From Thermodesulfobacteriota bacterium (lineage in GTDB: Bacteria; Desulfobacterota; Desulfobulbia; Desulfobulbales; SURF-16): DNA of 22,260 nt. The stretch covers positions 1-22,260 of the forward strand of contig JBDLIE010000042.1 in NCBI GenBank assembly GCA_039715015.1, written 5' to 3'. The position numbers and the translations under genes are program-made. Positions 9,585 through 17,046 of the stretch are shown here, in pieces. Each line of letters starts with the position of its first letter. Position 1 is the first letter of the stretch. The notes under the pieces were generated by a model that saw nothing but the letters and a program-made list of their open reading frames with translations, made no database searches and was not told the origin of the DNA.

Positions 9585-10122
9585 TCACCGCCTCTTCAGT
9601 AATTGTGTTCATGGGCTGGCCGCCGCCGCCCAGAAGGCGGTCCTTGGTGGAGATGCCGCCCTTGGTGCTGGCCCCCACCCAGACGACCTTGCCGGTCTCT
9701 ACCTCAATGAGTTGCAGGCTCAAAGAAACAACATTTGCCGCCGCAGTACCGGAGCGCACCTCGCCATACTCCTTTAAAACCCCGGTGATTACGGCATCAG
9801 TGCCCAGCACAGCACCGAGCTTCTGGATTTCTTTCACCGATGGCGCACTGCCGTCGGAAAGCATGCTCCTGGAAATGCCTCTGGCCACCTCGCCCGCCGG
9901 CAGCACATAAACACCGCCGGTGGAAAGAAGCATGTTCATGAAGACATCCCGCACCCGATCTTCCGCATTTTTATGGTTGGTAAGATTGGCAAAGGGCAGG
10001 ACAGCCACGGTCTGGATGATACTGAAATCCATGTTCTGATCGTGGTAGGTCCGTGGCGACAGGCTGCAGCCTGAAACAAGGGCCAGAATAACAGAGAGAA
10101 CAATCAGTTTAGCGAAACGCAT
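9553..10122 (-). CDS. oscF: CsgG/GNA1162-like lipoprotein (OscF-like)
   Basis: Lipobox VSGC. VAVLPFANLT...LGTDAVITG...LIEVETGKVVW pattern. SD GGGGAG. Symbol from synteny. Confidence 0.78.
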   Translation of the reverse strand: MRFAKLIVLSVILALVSGCSLSPRTYHDQNMDFSIIQTVAVLPFANLTNHKNAEDRVRDVFMNMLLSTGGVYVLPAGEVARGISRSMLSDGSAPSVKEIQKLGAVLGTDAVITGVLKEYGEVRSGTAAANVVSLSLQLIEVETGKVVWVGASTKGGISTKDRLLGGGGQPMNTITEEAVSELIKMLFKG

Positions 10123-10202
10123 GTCTATTCTCCCTGATGGATATTGGTATCATCAGGCCCTGGGCTCGGCCCTGCCTTGCCCATTGCCTGACAAGAAAAG
10201 CA

Positions 10203-12452
10203 TCAGTACCTGATTTTGATATTTGCATTTAATGACTCCATATCAATGGTCTGGAAAACCGAATCGCTCTCGGTCTTGTAAAAGGATACTGTCAGGTCGA
10301 TGCGCGGGGTAATCTCCCAACGGATGCTTGGCCTGAAGGTCGTCAGCTTGGACAGGTCCTGGGTACGCAGCTCTTCGCTGTAATCAATACGCAGCTGCAG
10401 GGTGCCGTATGGAAAGGGTGACCAGTTCAGGGAGTAATTCTTCAGGGTATCGTTTCTGTTTTCCTGCTCGACCCGGCCATAGGAGGCGACAATGTAAACG
10501 GTCTGGAAAGGCCGCCAGGTGATCCCTACATCTGTTCTGTTTGTTCTTTTTGTCGAATCCGCTAAGCCACCGCCGGAAGAATCGCTGTTGGTTTCCATAT
10601 AATTGGCGGTGATGGTCATGGACCGGTGCGGCACGACATCAGTGCCGACATTCAAGGTCAGGGTCTCCTGGTCTTGGCCGTCGGCATTATTCTGCCAGCT
10701 CACGCCGCCATCTACAAAGACGTCAATGCCTTTGTAGATGGCGGCCCGATTCTGGAGAAAGAGGGAATTTCTGGTGGTGTCATCGTCGCCAACCTTTTCC
10801 TGCCGGCCATTGAAGACCAGGGTGTTGTTGAGGGTTTTTAAGGGATCGGCCCGTAATGAGGCGCTATAGCCATGGGCATAGCCGGAGGCGTGGATCTCCT
10901 TGATCTCCTCGCGCAGGACCCGGACATTGCCGCGCAATTTCTCGTTAAAGCGGTGGCTGGCCGACAGGATATTACTCAGGGTGCTTCTTTCTCCCTCCCC
11001 CGGGGTCGTTTTAGTCATAAAAAACGAGATGTTGTGGAACAGGTCGAACTGCTCCATCAGTTTGGTGCGGGCATCCAAATTGAGCATATGGGTGGTGGAG
11101 GATCTTTTTGTTTCCTTGTCCGGTAATGGTTCACGGATAAAGGCCTGCAGCTCGGTGACATTGATATCTGGATATAGAATTGATTCCGCTGGCGGCGACC
11201 CACTGCTCAAGGGGCGGACCACCACCTTGATAAACTGGGTCGTCACTTTAGTGAAATCAATCTGGAAGTAATATTGCAGGCCATTATTCGTTTGGGCGGC
11301 AAGGAAGGGTGCTTGGGTGATTGTCTGCTCCAACTGCCAAGAATTGTTATCGTCACTGCTGGTATAAATCTCCCACTCAAACCAGTCGGCAACCGTTGGA
11401 TCGAGAGAGAGATCCTGGTCAACCCAGACCCGCAGGGTATTCACCTCGGTAGGACTGACAAACTCAAGTCCCAGGTGCTTCCGTTTCGTTCCTGAGGTGG
11501 TGCCGAGATTGATAGCGGTGATATCAGTAAACTGGCCATCAATCAGTTCGGGAATAATGGAGGGAGGAGGCAGAGGCAATAAAATAAATGGCGCAGTTTG
11601 CGTGTCGTTTTCAAGAAAAAGACCGCTTGTAATTCCTAAAATCTGCTCAACAAGCTCTCCTGTGCCATGGGCAATAATCTTTTGATGGCGGTCCGTTATA
11701 TTATAGGTGACGCCGAAATTGGTGCGTCTGTTGAAAAAGGTGTCGGCATAGCCTATGCGGCCGTGGTGGGTGGTGGTCTTTAGTTCAAAATTGTCAATGT
11801 GGTCGGTGTACTCCTGAAGAATAGGATTATAGCGGATGTCAAACTTGTCAGTGCGATAGCGGCTGTTCAAGGAGGATATGGTGGTGGTGGAGTCCTGGAA
11901 TTGGCGGTCCTTGTCGTAGAGATCATTCTTGTCCACCCGCAGGTCAAAGGTGGGCAAGCCATCCGGGCGCCAGTCCAGGACGGCGCTGTACAGCTCATTG
12001 ATGTTGCTGATCGTCCTGGTGCCGCTGCTCTTTTGCTCGTCCTCTCGCTTGCTGTAGCTGACCCCGGCCCTGTAAAGCCTGTTGTCCAAGGTCAGATCGA
12101 CATAGGGCCTGGTATTGTTCCAGGTCAAGGTGCGCTCGGTGCCATTGAGGTCGGAGTCTATGGCGTTCTTCTCGAAAATGCCGCCGGCTGTGAGTCGCAG
12201 GTTGGGGAAAAAGCTCTTCTTCAGGTCTACATTATACTTCTGGCCCCAGGAGGAGGAGTCGGTCTGCGTTTTTTGGCCTGATCTTTTGTCCATAGTTTCA
12301 GTGTCCACGCTCGTGTAATCAAACTCCAGAAGGGCGTTGATGCTGTCGGCCAGGGCCACTTGAGCCAGGACAACAGCTTCAAAAAAATAAAGGCAAAACG
12401 CCCCTGCGCCAAGCAAGACGAGCCTTTTGAATACGCCTGTCTTGCCGCGCAA
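10203..12452 (-). CDS. oscE: Large outer-membrane beta-barrel protein with inserted soluble domain (OscE-like)
   Basis: 749 aa with signal peptide, alternating amphipathic strands in the N- and C-terminal parts, and a C-terminal aromatic beta-signal (ANIKIRY). TTG start 4 nt after the upstream stop. Symbol from synteny. Confidence 0.78.
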   Translation of the reverse strand: MRGKTGVFKRLVLLGAGAFCLYFFEAVVLAQVALADSINALLEFDYTSVDTETMDKRSGQKTQTDSSSWGQKYNVDLKKSFFPNLRLTAGGIFEKNAIDSDLNGTERTLTWNNTRPYVDLTLDNRLYRAGVSYSKREDEQKSSGTRTISNINELYSAVLDWRPDGLPTFDLRVDKNDLYDKDRQFQDSTTTISSLNSRYRTDKFDIRYNPILQEYTDHIDNFELKTTTHHGRIGYADTFFNRRTNFGVTYNITDRHQKIIAHGTGELVEQILGITSGLFLENDTQTAPFILLPLPPPSIIPELIDGQFTDITAINLGTTSGTKRKHLGLEFVSPTEVNTLRVWVDQDLSLDPTVADWFEWEIYTSSDDNNSWQLEQTITQAPFLAAQTNNGLQYYFQIDFTKVTTQFIKVVVRPLSSGSPPAESILYPDINVTELQAFIREPLPDKETKRSSTTHMLNLDARTKLMEQFDLFHNISFFMTKTTPGEGERSTLSNILSASHRFNEKLRGNVRVLREEIKEIHASGYAHGYSASLRADPLKTLNNTLVFNGRQEKVGDDDTTRNSLFLQNRAAIYKGIDVFVDGGVSWQNNADGQDQETLTLNVGTDVVPHRSMTITANYMETNSDSSGGGLADSTKRTNRTDVGITWRPFQTVYIVASYGRVEQENRNDTLKNYSLNWSPFPYGTLQLRIDYSEELRTQDLSKLTTFRPSIRWEITPRIDLTVSFYKTESDSVFQTIDMESLNANIKIRY

Positions 12453-12456
12453 ATCG

Positions 12457-13878
12457 TTACCTGCCGCCCATCAGGGTTATAGCGCCCGGCCCCTTGCCCA
12501 CCTCGATGAGGGCAACCCTTTTTCTGCTGAGCAGGTCGTAAACGGCAACCCTTCCTGTGTCAGGGAGGGCGAGGTAGAGGTTGCCTTCCTCATCATCAAT
12601 GGCCAGATCGCCCACCGCCTCGCCCACCCGGATGGCATCCACCGGAAAGAGGGTGAAGGGGTCAAATATTTCAACCGCCCCCTCTGATTTCTTGGCGAAG
12701 TAGAGCATTTCCGTGCGTGGGTCCATGACCACGTCACTCAGGCCGCTGCCAACATAGACCCGCTCCAGAACAGCAAGGGAGCGGGTGTCGATCACTTCAA
12801 GATGGGGGGACATGCTATGGACGATAAAGAGCCGGTCGCCGCTGGGGCTGAAGGCGCCGGCAATGGGCTCCGGCCCCACCGCCAGGGTGGCGGCCACAAG
12901 ATGGTTGGCAAGATCAATAACCGAAATCGTACCGGACCAGAGGTTAAGCACATAGCCCCTTCTGCCGTTCTGGTCCACCAGCACCGCACAGGGCCCGTCC
13001 CCCACTGTAATTCGGGCTCTTTCCATCAGGGAGGCGGGGTCAGTAAGTGTGATGGTGTCGGAGCCGAAGTTTGAGGTGACCAGCAGAGTGCCATCAGGGC
13101 TAAGCGTGCTTTCACAGGGTTCATCGCTGATGCCCAGGCGGGCCTTGTCGATAATGGCCTGGCCGCTTACATCAATAAGTGCCAGGGAATCCTCGCCACT
13201 AAGCGGGACGTAAGCCCGGTGGCGGACGCGGTCCACGGCGATGTCTTTGGGCCCGGCTCCGGTGGCAATCACCCCAACGACTTGAAGGTGGCCCTTGTCA
13301 AAGATGGTGATGCTGTTTGATTTCTCATTGGCAACATATCCCAAGACCTTGGGGGCCAGACGTTCGGGCAGGAAGATGGAAAAAGCAGGGCTAAAAACGA
13401 CGCCGCCTGCGTTCAGTGAACGGCCGTAATTAAATTTCAGGAGGAGAAGCTGGGCCTTGTTCTTGCTAATCTGGAAGGGAAACTCGACCAGATAGGGCCC
13501 GTGGCCCACTGCCAGGGAGATCTCGCCCTCTTCTGATTTGCGGTAGGCGTTGCCAACAAGAAAGGAAAGGCCCTGGTACTCCCCGGGGGCAAGGGGGCCC
13601 ACGGCAAGGAGCCTTTGTCGCTGGATCCCGCTCTCCTTAAAGTCGGAAAAGGCAAGGGGGAGAGGGACCAGGCTGCCGTCAGCCTTGACAGCGGCAAGCG
13701 CCTGCAGGTTGAAACGGAGCCGTTGTGCTTCCTGCGGGAAAGGCTGGACATAGAGATGCACCTCCCCATCGCCGTCCATAATCGAGCGGGAAGTGTGCAG
13801 CATGGGCTGGCAGCCGGCAAGAAGCGCTACGGCCAGGCCTGCGAAGAGGGTCAATATAAAGACTTTCCGCACCATCAC
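12457..13878 (-). CDS. oscD: Lipoprotein with C-terminal YVTN-type beta-propeller (OscD-like)
   Basis: Lipobox LAGC. YVANEKSNSITIFD, YVLNLWSGTISVID and VGxGP repeats. First gene after omcS. Symbol from synteny. Confidence 0.82.
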   Translation of the reverse strand: MMVRKVFILTLFAGLAVALLAGCQPMLHTSRSIMDGDGEVHLYVQPFPQEAQRLRFNLQALAAVKADGSLVPLPLAFSDFKESGIQRQRLLAVGPLAPGEYQGLSFLVGNAYRKSEEGEISLAVGHGPYLVEFPFQISKNKAQLLLLKFNYGRSLNAGGVVFSPAFSIFLPERLAPKVLGYVANEKSNSITIFDKGHLQVVGVIATGAGPKDIAVDRVRHRAYVPLSGEDSLALIDVSGQAIIDKARLGISDEPCESTLSPDGTLLVTSNFGSDTITLTDPASLMERARITVGDGPCAVLVDQNGRRGYVLNLWSGTISVIDLANHLVAATLAVGPEPIAGAFSPSGDRLFIVHSMSPHLEVIDTRSLAVLERVYVGSGLSDVVMDPRTEMLYFAKKSEGAVEIFDPFTLFPVDAIRVGEAVGDLAIDDEEGNLYLALPDTGRVAVYDLLSRKRVALIEVGKGPGAITLMGGR

Positions 13879-13990
13879 TGCCCCGCGGCCACAATGCTTT
13901 TTAAAAACAAAATCATCTTGCAGATAAACTCCAAGGCTACTTCGGGCATCATCACCAAATCAAAAAAAGTACGATGGGCACCACAAATGT

Positions 13991-14019
13991 ATTACATACT
14001 AAAAAACGAGCATGCTCAA
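13991..14019 (-). promoter_or_regulatory. Candidate sigma70-type internal promoter for the oscD-onward genes
   Basis: TTGAGC (14019-14014), 17-nt spacer, TGTAAT (13996-13991). It lies just downstream of the post-omcS hairpins in an AT-rich gap. Confidence 0.45.
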
Positions 14020-14046
14020 GGAGTTAATCAGGGAAAAGGCAAGGAG

Positions 14047-14106
14047 GAGGGCTGGCCGGATGCCAGCCCTCTCTTAGGTTGCTACGCCGGCATAATAGGT
14101 GCCGGC
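14047..14106 (-). terminator. Tandem stem-loops after omcS (terminator/attenuator or mRNA stabiliser)
   Basis: 7-bp inverted repeat (14086-14092/14100-14106) and 10-bp inverted repeat GAGGGCTGGC/GCCAGCCCTC (14047-14056/14062-14071). On the minus strand these are followed by a pyrimidine-rich but imperfect U tract (CTCCTTGCCTTTTCCC). Confidence 0.6.
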
Positions 14107-14118
14107 ATATTCAGCTGA

Positions 14119-15387
14119 TTAATCTTTAGCATGACATTTGTTACAAAGCCCCCTCTGATAGGTGGCAAACTCGGTTGCCGGCCTGTCATAATAGGCGTCT
14201 TCCAGCTCTGCCGAGGTCCGGCCCCGGGCATAGTTCACCTCAGCAGGAGTACCGGCATCTGGATAATGGCTGTCGTAGACGATGAAGTCCGATTCATTAT
14301 TCCAGCGCAGCATGCTGTTAAAGCCGGAGGCATGGGCCCGATGGCAGGAGAGACACATGACCTCATCACCAGTGCCAGGGCCGGCCAGCACTGTATCGTC
14401 ATTCTTGGCATTTGTGGCCAGGCTGGTGAAATCTCCAGCGGCCTGGGCAAAGGGTGCCAGGGAGAGATATGCTGTTGTGGCGATACCGGTCATATCACCG
14501 GAGGCCACATAGGCGTTGTACAGGGCGGCAATGGTGGCGCCCAGGGGTTGGTCAACAGGATGGACATAGGCGCCTGAACTATGCATGTCGCCATGACAGG
14601 TGCCGCACCACTGGCCCCACTGGTTGTTGCCGCCAGTGGTCTGCACCCCGTAGGCGACGCGGGTCTGGGTCACTGCCTCAGAGCGGTTGTAGGTGGCAGG
14701 GGCCACGGCCGCGGGGACGCCGGTGTAGGTAACACCGAGGGAGGCCGTGCTCGCATAGCCGCTACCGGCCAACAGGCGGTAGACGCCAACCGCCTCGCCA
14801 AGGCCGGGAACTTTACTGGTATCGTAAGAGCCGGAGCCGATAATAGGGGCGCCGGTGGTGGCCACCGTGCCGTCAGACATTCTTCTATACTTGCCATGGG
14901 GATCATGGCAGCTGTTACACTGCAGGCTGGAAGCAGGGAAGGTGCCACCCGGTGCTATGGTATTGGTGGCATCCGCCACATAGCCCTGGTCAGCGGCAAC
15001 GATATTATGACCGTGCCGATCACCGTCTTCACTTCCAGGAGCGCCATAAGAAAATGTCCAGGCATAGTCCTTCTTCAGCCAGCCGAAGTCGCCGCCCGGG
15101 CTTCTCTGGATCGGCGCGATGCCGGGGCCCATATCCGTATCAGCGGTACTGATGTGATAGCTGCGCGGCGCAGTGTCGCCGGGACTCTCATGACAGGCCA
15201 GACAGGTGGAGCTCTGATCGCTTCCCTTTAACAGAAAGCCGCTTGCCATATTGGGGGAATGCATGCTGTGACAGCCGCCACACTCTGCAACGCCACCACT
15301 ATGGAATGCCAGGGCGGAACCAGCCACACCGGCGGTTAAAAGACCGGCACTGGCTAATACCAGATTCATTTTGTAGAACTTCTTCAT
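14119..15387 (-). CDS. omcS: OmcS-family hexaheme c-type cytochrome (nanowire subunit)
   Basis: Six CxxCH motifs. Hallmark OmcS segments: mature N-terminus FHSGGVAECxGCHxMH, PGGDFGWxKK, GHNIVA, CxSCHDPHGKYRR, CLSCHRAHASGF and C-terminal LCNKCHAKD. ATG 15387 with SD GGAGGG (15401-15396). Confidence 0.95.
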   Translation of the reverse strand: MKKFYKMNLVLASAGLLTAGVAGSALAFHSGGVAECGGCHSMHSPNMASGFLLKGSDQSSTCLACHESPGDTAPRSYHISTADTDMGPGIAPIQRSPGGDFGWLKKDYAWTFSYGAPGSEDGDRHGHNIVAADQGYVADATNTIAPGGTFPASSLQCNSCHDPHGKYRRMSDGTVATTGAPIIGSGSYDTSKVPGLGEAVGVYRLLAGSGYASTASLGVTYTGVPAAVAPATYNRSEAVTQTRVAYGVQTTGGNNQWGQWCGTCHGDMHSSGAYVHPVDQPLGATIAALYNAYVASGDMTGIATTAYLSLAPFAQAAGDFTSLATNAKNDDTVLAGPGTGDEVMCLSCHRAHASGFNSMLRWNNESDFIVYDSHYPDAGTPAEVNYARGRTSAELEDAYYDRPATEFATYQRGLCNKCHAKD

Positions 15388-15413
15388 TGTAATCACCCTC
15401 CAAAAATATTGGT

Positions 15414-15493
15414 CTCCGGTAGTCCAGCCGTCCCTTCTCTAGGACCTGTAGACTTTGTGTCCCCACCTTACGATGGGTTTACCTTTTTCGAAG
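15414..15493 (-). promoter_or_regulatory. GEMM-I (c-di-GMP-I / cGAMP class) riboswitch aptamer in the omcS leader
   Basis: Minus strand reads CUUCG-AAAAA-GGU-AAA-CCCAUC-GUAA-GGUGGG-GAC-AC-AAAG-UCUACAG-GUCCU-AGAGAA-GGGAC-GGC-UGGACU-AC-CGGAG. This gives P1 CUUCG/CGGAG, P2 with a GNRA loop, the conserved AAA and CAAAG junctions, P3 and terminal UACCG. Confidence 0.9.
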
Positions 15494-15580
15494 GATGGTT
15501 TGCCGGCGGACCGGCGCTTGTTTTTCCTCTCGTACAATGTGTCTTTGTCTTCTTCTCTGGTACTTCCCTCTGTACTTCAA

Positions 15581-16600
15581 TTAACCGCTATTCATTCCTC
15601 CTTTATTCTGCGACAGCTTTCCCAACGATTCACCATGTGCGGTTGAGTCGCCATAATCCAGTCTGAAAACGCTGACTCCTCTTCTGCGTCCTTGCGAAAC
15701 ATAGATTCTGTCTTTTTTGTCAATGGCAAGATCGCTTGGTACGATCATGTTTCCTGGTTTTGGCCCTCTATAGCCAAACTCTTTTATGAAGTTAAGGTCC
15801 TTATCAAAAACGATGATGGCGCATTTGAGTTTGTCAGCCACCAGATAATTGCCGTGGCTGTCGGCGACCATGCCGGCCAGGATATTGAACCGGCCTGGGG
15901 CGCCCCCTGACTTGCCAAACGACCTGATCATGCCGTCCATGGCCAGGATGTTGGCCTTGAACAGGACGGGGATGGTGAAGAGGATGTTGCCGCCTTTATC
16001 CAGGCTGAAGCCGGCAAACTCGATGCTTCCCCGCTTGTCCTCTTCAAGGCTGAGCACTTCAAAAAGATCAAAGCCCTTCACAAAGCTGCCGTCACCAGCA
16101 CAGATAACGATCTGCATCTGATTTTGACTGGCCAGATAGATTTGGCCGTCTTTGTATATGATACGGTTGGGTGTAAACTGAGAAAATTGGGCAGGAAGGC
16201 CCTTGATGCTAATCTCTTCAATGGGCTGTCCCCGGTAATCGCAGCGTAACACCACTGACCTGCCGGCCTTGTAGGTGAGAAGCAGGATGTCATCACCCTG
16301 ACCGGCATCCGCCCCAAGGACATGGCCAAGGTCCATGCCGTCGCCAAAGCGGTACACCTCCATGCCCGTATCATTGAAGATCACCACCTCGTTTTGATAG
16401 ATAACAAAGGTCTCATGGCGCTCTTCATCGATGGCGAGTGTCGGCCAGTTATAAGGAAGGAGGCCGGAAAAATCAGAAAGAGAGTAGAGGTAGCTCTCTT
16501 TGACTTGCTCTTCCCCGGCGACAGGACTTATGAAGCAGAGCAGGGCGGCCAGAGTCAGCAGAATAACAGCGCTGTATTTTTTGCCATTTAGTGTTGCCAT
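15581..16600 (-). CDS. Secreted NHL-repeat/beta-propeller protein, first gene of the omcS operon
   Basis: Signal peptide. NHL motifs FGKSGGAPGRFN, FGYRGPKPGNMIVPSDLAID and IYVSQ. Same position as the NHL gene recalled upstream of Geobacter omcS. Confidence 0.85.
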   Translation of the reverse strand: MATLNGKKYSAVILLTLAALLCFISPVAGEEQVKESYLYSLSDFSGLLPYNWPTLAIDEERHETFVIYQNEVVIFNDTGMEVYRFGDGMDLGHVLGADAGQGDDILLLTYKAGRSVVLRCDYRGQPIEEISIKGLPAQFSQFTPNRIIYKDGQIYLASQNQMQIVICAGDGSFVKGFDLFEVLSLEEDKRGSIEFAGFSLDKGGNILFTIPVLFKANILAMDGMIRSFGKSGGAPGRFNILAGMVADSHGNYLVADKLKCAIIVFDKDLNFIKEFGYRGPKPGNMIVPSDLAIDKKDRIYVSQGRRRGVSVFRLDYGDSTAHGESLGKLSQNKGGMNSG

Positions 16601-16612
16601 TCCTAGTCATTT

Positions 16613-16628
16613 AGCAAGCGCTGTGCCA
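16613..16628 (-). promoter_or_regulatory. Sigma54 (-24/-12) promoter of the NHL-omcS operon
   Basis: Minus strand TGGCAC-AGCGC-TTGCT is an exact match to TGGCAC-N5-TTGCW. A sigma54 activator is encoded nearby. Confidence 0.88.
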
Positions 16629-16711
16629 CTGGCAATAGAACTGGAAAAGACGAATAATGTCGTATGGATAGAGATTTGTTGTTTTCTGGAAAGGTCTTTC
16701 GCCAACAAAAG

Positions 16712-16819
16712 GTGGGGATTTGACCAAGTGGGGTTGGGTATTTTGCCAAGATCCTGCAGGACAAGCCATTGAGGTAAGGTCTGGGAATTTGCCCGAGCTA
16801 TTGTTGGTGATATTCCCAA
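16712..16819. promoter_or_regulatory. Four imperfect palindromes, candidate upstream activating sequences for the sigma54 enhancer-binding protein
   Basis: GTGGGGATTTGACCAA (16712), TTGGGTATTTTGCCAA (16734), CTGGGAATTTGCCCGA (16781) and TTGGTGATATTCCCAA (16804). Each is TGG-N8-CC; they form two pairs spaced 22 and 23 bp. Confidence 0.65.
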
Positions 16820-16898
16820 CGGCGAGGGAGGCAAGGAGGATAAAGGTGATTAGCAAGCAGTGGGAAAAGAAAAAACCGGCCCTCAGGAACTGATTCTG

Positions 16899-16925
16899 GC
16901 AGGACGATAAAGGTTTTCGTCCTGC
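16899..16925. repeat. Perfect 9-bp inverted repeat in the divergent promoter region
   Basis: GCAGGACGA-N9-TCGTCCTGC. Confidence 0.7.
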
Positions 16926-17046
16926 GATTTTGTGCCATTAATGAGTCATGATGGCTACGGTTATCTACTTTCCACTGGCAAAGAGATTGTGCCGCCGTAT
17001 ATAAATGTCAGGAAATGGCCTGTTATTGTATGGGGCCGGCCACGGC

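Noticed and set aside
13615..14118. 167-aa plus-strand ORF across the oscD start and intergenic gap
   Set aside because: Antisense to oscD, runs through the hairpins and has no protein-like features.
14131..15231. Plus-strand ORFs of 148 and 216 aa
   Set aside because: Antisense to omcS; typical shadow frames of a GC-rich gene.
15494..15504. GGCAAACCAUC just upstream of the aptamer, resembling the start of a tandem aptamer
   Set aside because: The rest of a second aptamer is missing; the segment is better explained as part of the anti-SD strand, next to a small GCCGG-UCCG-CCGGC hairpin at 15502-15515.
16630..16710. IHF site between the UAS and the sigma54 promoter
   Set aside because: The region is AT-rich but has no adequate match to WATCAA-N4-TTR.
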